Assembly: GCF_006345805.1 (NCBI RefSeq)
Contig: NC_042997.1
Span: forward strand, 151,404,001 to 151,468,000
DNA from: Octopus sinensis
Lineage: Eukaryota
Direction of reading: 5' to 3'
DNA: 64,000 nt
Position numbers and translations under genes: made by a program. The notes below the pieces were generated by a model that worked only from the letters and a program-made list of their open reading frames with translations, did not search any database and was not told the origin of the DNA. Shown piece after piece: positions 1 through 13,738 of this stretch (its first letter is position 1; each line of letters opens with the position of its first letter).

Positions 1-902
1 ATGTGTGTATGTATATTTACATACTTATTTCTTTCTATTTATAAGTTTGTGTATCCTAACAAACACGTGTATCGATATATTAACCGATGTATTTATGACT
101 TTTGTATGTATGTATGTATGTATGTAGTATATTTGGTATATGTATATGTATATGTATATACATACATACATACATATATTTGCTGTAAGTTACATATATG
201 TCGGCCTATTCAACAGAAATCAAAAGTATTTAAAATTATTTCGTACATTGCTACAGCTTCATGGAATAATTTACACAACGGTAATTTTATAACAAAATAA
301 GATTTAAATGATGACATAAAAAAAAGTTATTTTTCTCTCTTTATAGGTTGCTTATTCTTGTAAATGTTTAGGTTTTTGTATGTCTGGGTAAAATTCTCTT
401 CATTCTAAAGCCAGACAATGTCTCGTAGATTTACTAGCTTGATCACAGGTGTGAACATTGAAACCTTTAAAAGCATTGATAAAATATTTTTTGTTTACAT
501 CTCTTAGAGTACTGAAATTTCTTCAACTTTAATGCTGAACTGTATCTTCAAAAGTATCCTTTTATTATTCTTTCCGATGCCTTTTCGTCTGATCATAACC
601 TTTCTTTGTGCTTGTAATTCTGTCATTCTATCTCCCTCCCGCATTTACTCATTCTTTGTATCTTTTTCCTTCTCTGTACACAAACGCGCGCGCACGCACA
701 CACACACACACGCAGCCATATAAATAAATAAATAAATATATACATATATATATATACACACATATGTATCCCCCATATATATATATATATATATATATAT
801 ACGTGTGTGTGTCTATATATTATATATATATATATATATGTATATACGTATGTATGCATGCATGTGTACACTTATAGACATCTACCATATATACACACAA
901 AC

Positions 903-936
<34 letters not shown>

Positions 937-2525
937 GTGTGTATGCGTGCTTGTGTCTATGTATTATATATATGTATATACGTATGTATGTATGCGTATA
1001 TACACTTATACACATACATTTGTATACATACGTACGTATATGTTTTTAACCTGGTCGGGTATGTTCGTATGTAACTCTATGAATCTCTTTTTTCTTTTGA
1101 ACACAATTGTTGGTAAAAATGTGCCTGTTGTAATGTAACCATAGGTTTGCTTAGATAACGATCACCTTTTGAACACATATATTATTTCAAAAGAGAATTC
1201 TATTTTAAATTTCCTATCCTCTTATGTTCGACTACGATTTAAGGGGCTGGAAGAGTGATAAGCAGCTGGAATTCAAATGTTTTATCTGAAGGTATAATTT
1301 CAGGTCGTTTCTTGAAATAATCATAGTAAATTTCGCTTCCCATTGATATGTTCCCATTTTCTGATAACCGCATATTGAAGAAGAAAGGCTCCAGGCCACC
1401 AATTCCAGTTGATTTGCTCACTTGTTTATGGAACAGAGAGATTACTGCTACAGAAGCCTTCTAACCAGTGTGTAATTGACCACGAAGTTTCTACTCTGTC
1501 CTTGTACTCTATGATCTGTTCTACACGCCAGTGAACACTGCAGCATATTATTACTTCTATGCGCCCTTGCCGGTATTACTACATCTTCTAGCAATAAATC
1601 AATAAACATCTTCTTCATCTAATATCATTCGTTAGACCTAAGGAGATTGAGCTGATATTTTGTTATCTTGTCTTGCAATGGTATTTCATATTGATCTATC
1701 ATCCCAACGCTTAAACTTCAAATAACAATGCAATTTTAAAGATCGATTTATCCTCACTGCATTTCAAATTCGCAAAGTCATCAGGGTTAGTTTTTCAAAT
1801 ATGCTTCTTGTTTTCTTTTTTTCTATATGTGCTTCAATAAATACATTTTTTTTTTCTTTTTACATTGCAACTTCCTATGACCATTTTATTGTGAACGAAG
1901 TAAGTCAGTCATAACAATTGCTTTAAGCTACTAATAGAATTATTATATAGTGACGTTGCTGAGGATGAAAGCTATCTGTAAATCTGTAGTGTATTATACA
2001 AGTCATAATACCAATACATTAGTAATTTGATATAAAGATATATAAACATAACTTTGATATGCAGCTTATCAGTCTAATTGATTGTAAAAATGTGAGCTTA
2101 CAGACATGTCATGCTTAAAACACCAGCAGTTACTCTCATGGAAAATCTAGCCATTGTAAATATTGACTCTTTTGGAAACAACGGATCAAGTATTTCACAT
2201 TAGCTGTTTATTCCATTTTACTCTGACAGGGAAGACATCATTAAAGACGTTAGGTCCATGAGTGTAATATTTGTTGTGCGCATGCGATATAGCTAGCACC
2301 ACTGCTAAATCTAACGAGGCTGGCATTTTCAAACTCTCTCAAAAAGACCAAGAGAAGTAAAGCGCAAGATCCCCGGTTCAGTATAGCAGCAGGTTTTATA
2401 TACGAGTTATCCTTCCCATAGTGAGATGCCTTAGCGTAGACCAGAGTCTCCAACTCTCAATCGGCTTGCTGCGTCCCCAGATACTAGTCCAAGTATTTCT
2501 AAGTCCTGTCACTTATATATATATA

Positions 2526-2669
2526 TATGTTCTTTTACTCTTTTACTCTTTTACTTGTTTCAGTCATTTGACTGCGGCCATGCTGGAGCACCGCCTTCAA
2601 TCGAGCAACTCGACCCCGGGACTTATTCTTTTGTAAGCCCAGTACTTATTCTATCGGTCTCTTTTGCCG
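2526..2669 (-). mobile_element. 3' part of tRNA-derived octopus-type SINE (OK/OR-like)
   Basis: Reverse complement reads ggcaaaagagaccgatagaataagtactgggcttac...ggcggtgctccagcatggccgcagtcaaatgactgaaacaagtaaaagag, the same 3' block as the full-length copies at 27877-28279 and 34409-34906. Confidence 0.85.
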
Positions 2670-5335
2670 ATATATAAAGTAGAGGAAAATGCTAGGCAGT
2701 CAACCAAATTACCGAACATATACATGAAGATATTCAATCAATATAATTTAATCATATACATTTATACACATCAACATAAATCATGCATGTATAGGCGTAA
2801 AGATTCGCCAAGGGTATAAAGAAAACAACCAAACATACGTAAAAGTATAGGATATATATATATATAGTTAAATGAAGCTTAACATTCTTATGGTGAGAGA
2901 GTAAAGCACAACATGCATTCAATTGAAATTTTAACCATATGACGAAATGATATTAACCTGAATAAAAATTACTCCCAAAAGAGGCAAGGGAGAGAACTCC
3001 CGTAATTTCAATTGACCAAATATTAATTTCCTATATGCAGAGAGTATAACCTGACACTTCGAAGACATTTAGATGCAAACTACTTTAAGATATGAGATGA
3101 AAATAAAGTTTTAGAATGTGACTTGAACAAAAATTAATTCGTGACGTAAAGAAGCCGATTGGTTTAGAGCTACAGTAGCAATCACGACAACACTAGAGAT
3201 AGTTCAGTTTTATTTAATCTCGAATGCTAAGCATAGGCCACAAACTGATAAGCATTATTTTATTTTAATGAATTAGAGAATCATTTCTTTGAATGGCTTT
3301 ATGTATTAATCTTCATAAGATCTCGGTTGCTTTGACAGGATTACATTCATCTGAGGATGGCTAAGAAACTCAAAGCAAGTAAGAATTTACCACCATACCA
3401 TCCAAAGACTTAACTCACTCTTTATTTTCCTGCATGTCTTTCATTGGTTTCTTATCTATTAAAATTTAATTTGATCTGTCCCTTGTACGTCATTAGGGGT
3501 AAGTTTCTCTATCGCTTATAAATATCCCCACATTACGGCTTTCATTGATCAGTGTTTATTTCCAGTTTACGAAAGATAGTCATTGAAAGTTAAGCTGTCA
3601 TTAATACCTTGCAAGGAAGAAGTATCAATATAAGTTAAAAATTTTGGTACAAGTCCAGCAATTTCGCGGGAAGGAAATCGCTGACAGTGTACCAAAGATT
3701 TGCGAGGTCGATAAATTAAATAGCAGTTGCGTACTGCGGTCGACATAATCGACTGGTCTCATCCCCTAAATATTCGGGCCTTCTGCTTACAGAAGAAAAG
3801 AATATTAATGTGTCGTACCTTATATTCTGTCTTATTAGACCCAAAGTGCTGTAATGTACCACACGTAACAAACAAGTCTTATAGACATAACGTGTGGAAT
3901 TTCGAGGTTCAGACTTCCCGGGTGTCCTTATGAATGTCTAGCAAATATTTATAGAACTGGTCTCTCAGACTATGACCGGTTTTGTGTGCTCAGTCGTCCT
4001 TAAGATGTTATGACACGTTGAATATTATGGCATAGCACCTGAAAATATAAGGCAGTTATATGTAATTAGGTAAGGTTGTAAATATAAAACAAAACAGAGC
4101 TACTGAAGGACATAAAGAATAATTTCTAATTTAGGCATAAGACAAGCAATTTGGAAACAGATTAATCGATGAAATGGGCAAAAGAATTTGAATGGTACTG
4201 TATTTCATCAATTGCCAATGGATGAAAGATGAAAATAACATCGAAATGAAGAATTATTTTGAGCTTAAATGTTATTGCATTCATATGCAAAACAGACGTC
4301 TATAGCTACCAATATTTGGTTACTATTTGCGTAAAATTTACTAGTGTTTGAGATAGATTACTTTAAACTAGAGTTAACAACTAGATATAAACCTTTTTGT
4401 AACAGTAATGTTGATGCATTTACGATGTTTAGTAATCTTTGTTCTGTTTCTCAGGTCATTTTATTGCTTTTTTTATGCGAAAACCGTCCACGTATTGTGA
4501 GTTTTGTTCCTGGGTTGTATGGATACTGCTTCCGTGATGAATAAATATTCACTAGCTTCTGTTTATTATTGGAGTAAATTGGATAGGAGCTGTCATGTTA
4601 CATAAATCTCTGTAAGTTTAATAAAAATAACATATATATATTGTCATATCAACTATACACCTATGAATATATCTCCTTCATGTTTGGGAAGTAATACAAT
4701 TCGCTATACCAAAATTTGTCAACGGATGCCTATATAATGTAAATTTATGTAACTTGTATAGATGCATGATGTTGTTTAAACTAAAGCAATGTTAAATGCA
4801 GGTTTCGATGAAACTGTAGGCCGAAATTTTTAGTAGATTGTCTTTTCACAGTTTCGTTCTTATAACTCTGAATACCAATTGCAATTGTATATACCGCCGT
4901 TATACCGCATTCAATTAGAGATTTTTTCTGATTTATCACCATAATCACGACAGAAGAAAATTCCTTTGGGATAGCATAATACTCCTTCACAAATCTAGAA
5001 ATATAATGATCGATAAAATTATAGGTGATAATTTAAACAGAGAAAGTAAACAAAGCGAAATCGATGTATGTATTGTTTGTAAACAACTTGAACTTGGTTG
5101 TTAAGCAACAAGTTTCTTTGCGTCTGTGAGTAGTATTTTTCTCTTACCGAGCGTATGATGTGGTGGCTGGTAAAACGGTTCTTTCTTTACGTTAATTATT
5201 TTATTAAAACCTTGAGAACTTAAGTAAAATACTTGGAAAAATGGGAACGGTAAGCTATACTTACTTCTATCACCAAGAATGAACACATTCGTTATTAAAA
5301 TAATTGAATTCCTGAACATATTGATCACTTTCTAC

Positions 5336-5484
5336 CAGGGGTGGACTGAGCTGTCAGTCAATCGGGCACTGCCTGAGGGCCCGGAGCTCTGATCGGCCCG
5401 CAGTCTACATGTTAACTTATCAATGCTAAGGGGCCCGGTAAACAGTTATACACGAGGGCCCTTAATACTCTCAGTCCGCCTCTG
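5336..5484. mobile_element. hAT-type MITE, 149 bp
   Basis: 15-bp TIRs CAGGGGTGGACTGAG / CTCAGTCCGCCTCTG (2 mismatches), flanked by an 8-bp TSD ctttctac (5328-5335) / ctttccac (5485-5492). CAG termini with an 8-bp TSD are hAT hallmarks. Confidence 0.8.
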
Positions 5485-6770
5485 CTTTCCACTCATATTT
5501 AGAACACTCCATCATAATGCAGTGTTTTAACGAGGAAGCTTCTGTGCGATGGTCCAAGCTGCTTAAATTACTAACCAAATTGTTATTCTTAAGAAATAAT
5601 TTGATTTAGAGTAGATAAAGTAGTACCAGATATATCGTGTCTAAAAAGATAAATGTTATGGATAGTTTATTTAGAATCACAGCTCTAATGGATCAGGATT
5701 GTCATAGAACTAAAGCAAAAATGCCTAAAACAATACAGTTGTTGTTGCTTATTCTCACTTCGTCCTACTGAAAAGGCCTATGATTGGCGCTTTTGCAATA
5801 ATCATGTCCATATATTACTGTTATAGTGTACTCCATGCTACATTATACAATGTGCTCATTTGTTAATGATGACATGGTATATTCAAGGTAATATGTACAC
5901 TAATTGAAGCGGATAATGCAAGCGAGGAGATGCTTCCTTGTTGGCTTGGGGACGTATTGAAGTAAACATTCATGTCATTATGAAAACCAAACCATGTCTT
6001 TTATAAGAAAATTTGAACGAAAACATTACCGTAGTAACAACGTCTTCTATCTTCCTTATATGTTTTCTAAGATCTAGATAAATAATACCTAACTACAAGT
6101 ATTTTACTTATTTTTGATAGAAAAAAAACGTGGTAAGGTACCTTATTTCATTGATCTCTCTCCTTGGCATATTGACGAGAATTTAGCAGTCAGTTAATGG
6201 TTGGATGAACAATTAAATGAGTCTTTATCGGTGAAATGTTTACGCCAACGGCAGGCAAACAATTGAGTGGAAATTCAACATAAGAAGCTTAAAGCTTTCA
6301 ATGCATTTCCTTTAAATTTATCGATATTTCTACTAATCTAGCAGAACCCTAATTATTCAGTTTGCTCATCGAGAAATTTGAAGCTAAAACCATATGACAT
6401 TTTACTCCCTATCAACTGATTTACAGATCTTTGTAGCAGATCAAATATATTTGCTTAATCATTCGTTTCTACAGCTTTCTTTCATTCGGTTCCTTTTCAT
6501 TCTTTCTATATTACTTTTTTCTTTCTCCTTGATTTCGTTCTTACTAATTTCTTTTACCACATATTTCGTTCGTACAAATCGGCCCCGTGCGGTTGAATGG
6601 CTCTTTCAGCGCATTTCTTTCGCCATTATTCGAGATATCTTATTCGCCATTTTGGCAGCTGAGACCATGAAATATTTGCATGACACTCTATAAAAAATCT
6701 CTCTCTCTCTTTCTCTCTCTCTTTTCTCTCCCGTTCTCTCTCTCTCTCTCTCTCTCTCTGTATATATATA

Positions 6771-6958
6771 CAGTTAATCCAAGATAGAAAGCACAAAAAA
6801 CACAACAACGCGAGGACGTGGAACAAATATAGTATTATTGGACGCTCAGGAAAGAAGGAAAGAAGGAGGGTTTAACGTTTCGAGCGGAGCTCTTCGTCGG
6901 AAACATAGGAGAAGGAAAGATCCAGAGAAGGGAAGACAGAGGGAAAAAAATCGCCAAC
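6771..6958 (-). mobile_element. Short non-autonomous PLE-type element next to (TA)n, copy 1 of 3
   Basis: ~190-bp sequence agttaatcca...ggacgctcaggaaagaagg...gtttcgagcggagctcttcgtcggaaacatagg...aatcgcca recurs at 45655-45833 and, inverted, at 55495-55686; it carries a hammerhead-like motif. Confidence 0.6.
6870..6904 (-). ncRNA. Minimal type I hammerhead-like motif, variant core CCGACGA
   Basis: RNA 5'-GUUU CCGACGA A GAGC UCC GCUC GAA AC GU U AAAC-3': stem I GUUU/AAAC, stem II GAGC/GCUC, palindromic ACGU stem III. Confidence 0.5.
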
Positions 6959-7014
6959 AGTACACACGCGTTCACACACACACAAAAACAGACACACATA
7001 TATATTTGTATATG

Positions 7015-7535
7015 ACCAATTACCATCCATATTACCTGGAAAGATAACGTTCCCACACAGAAATTCTCCACCAAGCAGGAATGTCCAGCATTGATGCCAT
7101 CATCTAACACTGCCTTCTGAGATGGGTCGGCCACGTTATCACAATGCCTGGTGATTGTCACCACGAAATGATCTTCTACAGAGAGCTATCAACCGGTGTC
7201 GCCCGGACGAGGGACCCAAGAAGCGTTTCAGAGACCGTCTTAAGTTTGTCCTCAATCACGAAACATTGAGGACTTTTCTCGGAACCTGGTGCTTCCTCTG
7301 CAACGAAGAAGCTGCACGCTTTGAATTAATCCGACGTCAGAGACTTGAGGAAAAGAGACGTGAACGTCATCTCAGACTCACCAACAATATAATGGGCAAC
7401 TTCCCTTGACATCTATGTTCAAGGACGTACCATTCCAGGATCGGACTGTTTTCCCATGTATCAACTCAAAAATTGTAGGATAAGACTCTTAGAGGACAAC
7501 ATCGTCATCAATAATGAAGGACAGCTATAAGCAAG
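7015..7535 (+). mobile_element. RTE-clade (BovB-like) LINE, decayed 3' fragment
   Basis: Frameshifted translation gives LHITWKDNV..EILHQAGMSSIDAII, LRWVGHVITMP, GPKKRFRDRLK and a terminal C2H2-like FP*HLCSRTYHSRIGLFSH, typical RTE C-terminal motifs; ends at a CA microsatellite. Confidence 0.75.
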
Positions 7536-7537
7536 TA

Positions 7538-7585
<48 letters not shown>

Positions 7586-7619
7586 TAGCTATCCATAAAG
7601 GGCTTAGACGACACGTCAT

Positions 7620-9480
7620 ACTCTAATGGCGAAGGCCATATAGTTCTTCAAAATTCGGAGGTATACATTTGTTAGTTAGTAAGTAAACAAAGAATAAACA
7701 ATCCTGGTCAGCGAGGACGTGTCATCTCCCTTAGCCCAGTCTATATGAGCTAGAAAGAAAAATAGAGAACTCAGCCTTTAAGCTGTTTTTGGCTCCGATC
7801 TAATTGATGAATAGGAAATCCCATTTTTGCAGTGGTTAGCGTTTGAAATGGATGCAGGGAATATATAAATTTCGTGCCAGGTAGTTAGTAATCTTGCTAC
7901 CTGGGTTTTTTGAAGATCCTTGCGCTCTCAGCTATACAAAGCTTGCAGCGTCTGCTCCCGTTAATATAGGAGATCGGCCGCTCTATTATATGGAGTCCCT
8001 TCATCTGTAAGGTTCCACATGTGACTTGGCCGGGATGTGACGAATCATCTTTTCGGAATGCTGAAAGAAGAACTGAGTTTGTACCGGCGCTGCTTGAAGG
8101 TAGTTCCGGTTGATCCGATATATTTCAGGACTTGAGTGTTGGTTATGTTCACATTCCGCGCCTGGAGATGTTGTAGCTGCTGCTGTTACTGGAGCTGCTA
8201 TCAGTGCGTTTATTACGGTGTATAGGTCTGGAGATATCCCTGTGGCAGTTGTCATTGTAGTAACCATCCCTGGCCGTAGTGTTGCTGCTGTCGGTGGTAT
8301 TACTGAGCATGGGACCAGTTGCTTCACTGATGCTGCTGGTGTTGTCGTGGTCATCTCCGGCCGTAGTGTTGGAGTCGTTGGCGTCAATGCCGGTGTTGTT
8401 ACTGCTGTTGCCGTCGATTTTGTTGGATGAGCCGTTGCTGCAATTATTACGGTCGGCTACCCCCAGAGCCTCATAAATGACACCCTCAGCCTCTCATTGC
8501 ACCCCACTGGGCAGTCCTTGTACTCCCTGCATGTGCAACCGGCTGACTCAAGCCCTTTCTGTCTGTTTCCGAACATACTTTTTTATGTTAAGGTGCGCAA
8601 TGAAGGAAACCCATAGGCTGTGCCGATTGAACAAACATCCGTACCAGGTACAACCATATATCTCAGTCCGTCATACACTTTTCACTGCAGCTCTTCTCCA
8701 TGATGGAGCTGCAGTTCTAGGGGAAGAAAAGACTGCTACCGGGCGACTGGCACCTAGAATGTCGTCAGACGCTCACCGTCCTCTACCAGTCGGGCTATGG
8801 CACCCTTGAATATTCCATTTTATCAATCTATAAACGATTATAGGCGGGAGAATGTGATAACGTTCTCTTGGAGACTCTAGTTGCTGTCACAAACGAACTC
8901 GTTAGCCTTTTCCGGAGTCTTTCCCTGTGGGGATTACAATAGATAATTTCCAGAAGTCCTTGGCCTGGCAGTGCTACAAATGGCTGCTACAGGTTCGATG
9001 TAAACTCTCCAGGCTTGGATGTGCTGTGAGACGGACTTTACCGGGATGCGGTGTTTGCGCATTCGTTTAGTACTCGAGCATTGCTAACTTCTGAAATTAA
9101 GTAGAATTGTTACTGTCGCGTGTGGGACAGATCTGAATGCCGGCCGAATCCATTATGGGGATTTCTTCGCCATCTTCTTTTAATCGGCTAGGTATGGGAG
9201 TTTTTTTTCTTTGTCTGATGGCTAAGGTAAAAGAGATTGTCTGGTGGACCAATTTGGAAGGCATGATGACAGAGATATTCGCCTTTGTCAGAGGCCTCAT
9301 CGACTTTTTCTTGTTTTACTTGAAAAAGGAAGTGAGAGTAGAGATGAGGAACTAGTCCTGATTGAGCTTATTGAAAAGTGGTTCAAATGGCAAGAGTGGA
9401 CGGCACCGCATTCGAGCGGGCATTGGAGAAGACATTGGAGTGGGCATTCAAAAAGGGCTTGAAAGGGCACTTGCTCTTGG
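7620..9480 (-). mobile_element. Decayed Penelope-like element (Neptune-type): RT-EN linker, Cys motif and GIY-YIG endonuclease
   Basis: Across frames on the minus strand: LFNRHSLWVSF..NIKKY, CTCREYKDCPVGC (8499-8537), GVIYEA (8467-8481), KYIGSTGTTFKQR (YIG at 8114-8122), SHMWNLTDEGTPY, SYINGSRRCKLCIAE (CxxC at 7936-7947), CIHFKR. GC content is higher than the flanks; many stops and frameshifts. Boundaries approximate. Confidence 0.75.
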
Positions 9481-10160
9481 GTTTTAGAGATATTGGCCCT
9501 AGATATTCTCTTGTATCAGGAGAATCACATTCCTATAACTTTTAGTTACAAATGTTTGGCATGTATATTTTTTACTTTGTTTATACTGCATACCATGTAG
9601 ACATGTAGACATTTTTTACTATTCTTATAATTTTCTTGTGTAAATGCACACACTTTATCTGTCTTTGTATAGAACCACCTCTTCCTTCACTCTGTGAGAC
9701 GGAGTAATAGAAATTATCATCATCACTATCATCATCATCATCACCATCGTCGTTGTGGTTTTCACCATCATCATGATCATGATCATCATCATCATCATCA
9801 TTGGGAGATGCGTTATGTCATTCGGACTTCGAAAGCGCTGAACGAAGAATATTAACTTTAACCAGATTAGACTGTGAAAAGTTTGCTTTTCATTCCAGTT
9901 TTACTTACTCAATCATTTTGGATTGTCTGAAAGTGCACCCAATTACCTGAGTTAGAAGTAAAATTGGTCTTTTGACATGTCTGGCAACCTGTCATTGGTA
10001 TTGCTGTTCGTACTTAAAAATGGTCTGAGTAAAAGCAGCAAGAGATGTTTGCAATAATGATGGTGACAGCAGTCTAAATTCAGTAAACAAATAGCCACCA
10101 AATTAATTTCAAAAGAATAATTGATTTGAACAAACAATGAAACAAATGTAAGCTCTAGCT

Positions 10161-10540
10161 GCGGGTGTGATAGTGTGGTAAGGAATTTGCCTCCCAACTA
10201 TATAGTACCGGGTTCAGTCTTAATGTGTGGCACATTAGGCAAGACTCTTCTACTATTGCCTCGGATTGACCAAACTAGATTTAAAAGACGGAAACTGAAA
10301 GAAGCCTGTGGTATACATATCTATGTGTGTCATGGTGTCTGCGTTTTCTCTCCACCACCTCTTGACAACCGGTGTTGGTGTGTTTATGTTTCGTAACTTC
10401 ATAGTTCGGCAAAAAAAAAGTCCGATGAAATAAACACCAGGTTTAAACAAAGTACCGAGGTTGGTTCGTTCGGATAAAATTCCTGAAGGCAGTGCGCCAG
10501 CATGGCCGCAGTCTAATGACTGCACCAAGTAAAGGATTAA
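10161..10540 (+). mobile_element. Diverged full-length tRNA-derived SINE
   Basis: Head with A/B-box-like gtgtggtaag...gggttcagtc, central microsatellite, and 3' ccagcatggccgcagtc..aagtaaa block. Confidence 0.75.
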
Positions 10541-10825
10541 ATATTTTAAAAAAGCAATTGCGAAGTGCATGACACGAAGATGGAACAACGACAGAAATGT
10601 TAAGCGAAAGCAAACATAAGGGTACATAAGCAGCATTGCATCAACATGCAGTACAAAAATTCAGGAATGTGACATATCTCTGTATTCTTAATAGAGTGGG
10701 GAAAATTTCTAATACATCGGAAGGGAAGCTGGAAGAAGCTATGTCGGATGTGTGGTAGGAAATAAGTACATTCGATCGGAAGATAGCATATGTATGCCCT
10801 TGTATGCTCTAATGAAAGCGATTGC

Positions 10826-10826
<1 letters not shown>

Positions 10827-10864
<38 letters not shown>

Positions 10865-10874
10865 GGTGGTGGTG

Positions 10875-10937
<63 letters not shown>

Positions 10938-10965
10938 ATGGTAGTGGTGGTGGTAGTGGTGGTAT
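10827..10965. repeat. Compound (GTA)n/(GTG)n microsatellite
   Basis: Direct inspection; it explains the poly-V and poly-S/G ORFs. Confidence 0.95.
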
Positions 10966-11189
10966 TAGTAGAAAGTTGACAATGTGCAGATGAAGAATTT
11001 CATAGTTCTCAACACAGAATATGCATATAAAACTGTATAATTATATAAAGAAATAAGATATTTTCTTCGAAGGTAACATTACCAGCTAAAGTGAAATTTA
11101 TATACACCGGCACACACACACACACACACATACATAAATATATAGAAGGATGGAAGCATAGGATGAATTATAAAAGGTAGGTAGGTGAA

Positions 11190-11342
11190 TAGATAGATAT
11201 ATAGATATATAGATAGATAGATAGATAGATACATACATACATACATACATACATACATACATACATACATACATACATACATACATACATGCATACATAC
11301 ATACATACATACATACATACATACATACATACATACATACAT
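11190..11342. repeat. (AGAT)n-(ACAT)n tetranucleotide microsatellite
   Basis: Direct inspection; it explains the MYVC-repeat ORFs. Confidence 0.95.
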
Positions 11343-12689
11343 AAATGGAAAGTAAATCTTTATTCCATATTAGTGTATTACTCTCGAAACCTTTAAATAC
11401 TTCAATGCAAACTGTTTTGAAATTTTAACTAAATAACTTCCTTTGAACTGGCCAGAACAGAGGCAAAGTTTTGTAAGCGCTAATGAAAATCGACTATGGA
11501 TTAATGGAAATCTAATAGTGCTGAGTTTCTGAAGATGAAATCCTCGGAAGACTTCGATCAGAATTTAATCTGCTTTGTAGATTCTTCGAACGACACTTTA
11601 ACGAAGTTCTTCTAAGTACGTGTCCTTAGCTTTCATTTCGGGCAACCGTATGTATACGTATATGAAAAGATATAGATAGATAACTGGATATTTAACCCTT
11701 GAAATTTCTGTAAATAGATATCGCTACGCATTTGTTGGCCAATATTTTATTAATACATATCCGTATTTTGTTTAATGTTGCCGTGAATATGAATTTTTGC
11801 AACGTCTGCGTTTACGTAATTAAACAAAGTAACAAAATTTAACAAGGCAAAAGATTATAAATATAATCTCTTTTGAACTTGTTTTTAAGCCACTTCCATC
11901 GAAAGTATTAGTCTACTCTCTCTTTCCACTCTCTCTCTCTCTCTCTCTCCCTCTCTCTCACTCTCTCTTATTGTCTCTGTGTGTGTTTCAATTGTTTTTT
12001 CTCTCATTCCAGCAAACTTTGAAGGAGAGAAAGGAAAAAGTAAGAAAGATAGACGGATTCAAATTTTAAATTGAATCTCTAAAAGAAATAAAAACCATAG
12101 TTTGACGTCGCACATACGTACTGCCACCATCATCACATTCACTACACATATTTCCATCTATATCTATATTATTTGTCTCTTTATTCTTGTGTCTTATTCT
12201 CTCTGCCTTTCTCCATTTTTGAATGTTTTAGAGAGACGGAAACAAATAGTGGGAGAAACACATAGATATTTTAGAGAGACTGTAAGAGGAAAAATAACAG
12301 CAGTGATGTCATAGATATATCGTGCTGACATCATCACAATTGACCTCCGCTGTATATATGTGACTTTCTTCAATACGTTTCGCTATCTCTATATATTTAT
12401 TCTACTATTTCCCACACATACATATACAGAGAGAGAGAGAGAGAGAGAGAGAAGAACGAAAGAGAAATAGAGAGGGTAATAACGAAAGATTAACAGAATT
12501 ATTCTTTGCATCTTTCTACATCTTATTTGATATATAGAGTAGGTTGCGGGATAGTTGGGTCGTATTTCCAATATAAAGGTTATGCAATTCTTGTCACTGA
12601 GGTAGAGAATAATCTTATATATTGTTTTGCGTGCTTTTTTTAATTTGTATTTTCTGAATCCCTTACGAATATTACAGAAAATCCACACG

Positions 12690-12985
12690 TACACACACAC
12701 ACACACACACACACACCACACACACACACCACACACACACACACACACATGCATATTTGTATGGATTATTATCATTATTATTATTGTTCTTGTTCTTGTT
12801 GTTGTTATTATACAAAATTAGAGAAATTATTAACATTGTTGTTGTTGCTATTATTAATACTAATATATACAATCATACTAATCATCAACATCATTATCGT
12901 CATCATCGTCGTCGTCGTCGTCGTCATCATCATCATCAACGACGCTACCACCACCATCATCATCATCATCATCTTCATATTTATA
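12690..12985. repeat. Compound CA and trinucleotide (ATT/GTT/CAT/CGT) low-complexity tract
   Basis: Direct inspection. Confidence 0.9.
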
Positions 12986-13267
12986 CATCATGATCGTATG
13001 TTTTTTTTAAAATTTTAACCTCAAGTGCTACCCAAAGCATTATATTTGCAATTCATGATCGCCTACATTTGAATGATTTAACATTAATTTCTCACTTTTA
13101 TAATTATTTACTTTCTTTTATGAAAATTGGAATAATCTTGATTCTTATTTAGAATGCAGCTGATACTTACACACATACTTACATACTCACTGGCATGCGT
13201 TTACATATACACACATCAAACACACAAATATTCAGACATGATTACTTTGTTGTGATCATTGTTGCTG

Positions 13268-13306
<39 letters not shown>

Positions 13307-13738
13307 ACATCACCATCAACATGATTGTGGTTTTTGCTATTGCTTTTATATGCACAAACAGTCGATCATATATGTATGTTTGTGTGTGTGTGCGCGCGCT
13401 CGTATGTATGTACACACACACTCGCAAACACAAATTTTCATACATGCATGTATATATATACACGTATGTGTGCGAACGCTAGCATATATTTCGCTAGGTA
13501 TGTGATGATAGCGAAGAAAAAGTGACTAGCAATAGCTTTTGTATTGTAGCAACGACTGTATCTTTTGTTATTACTCGCTCATTTATAGTTATTATGCTTC
13601 ATCTAAATGTAAACAAGTCAGGGTAATATAAGTTCATCCAGATGATGTTTTTAGCTTTCTACATTCAGTGGCACTAATAATATGTAGAATATGACGGTAG
13701 TAGGAATTTCGTGAATACAATCCAAGGTAAACATTCTT

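Noticed and set aside
1-1138. Several 60-100 aa ORFs rich in Y/I/C/V/M
   Set aside because: They are translations of TA/CA/TATG microsatellites. The same applies to similar ORFs near 11.1, 12.4-13.5, 14.6, 27.6, 30.5-32.0, 37.1, 44.1, 47.3, 52.8, 55.1-56.6 and 61.2 kb.
1239-1640. Minus-strand short ORFs (MSKSTGIGG..., MKKMFIDLL...) as a host exon
   Set aside because: No recognisable domain; all three frames stop soon after the best acceptor; scattered words look more like a decayed CR1/L2 RT tail. Too weak to call either way.
7600-7660. Hammerhead at the 3' end of the decayed PLE
   Set aside because: A stem II-like auggc/gccau hairpin is present on the minus strand, but the core is degraded (UUGAAGA; no GAAA). 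Similar decayed traces near 425-455, 3350-3375 and 30355-30385 were also not called.
8001-8476. Thr/Pro-rich ORF as a mucin-like or gag gene
   Set aside because: It lies between the GIY and YIG motifs of a PLE remnant and is an alternative frame of the low-complexity insert.
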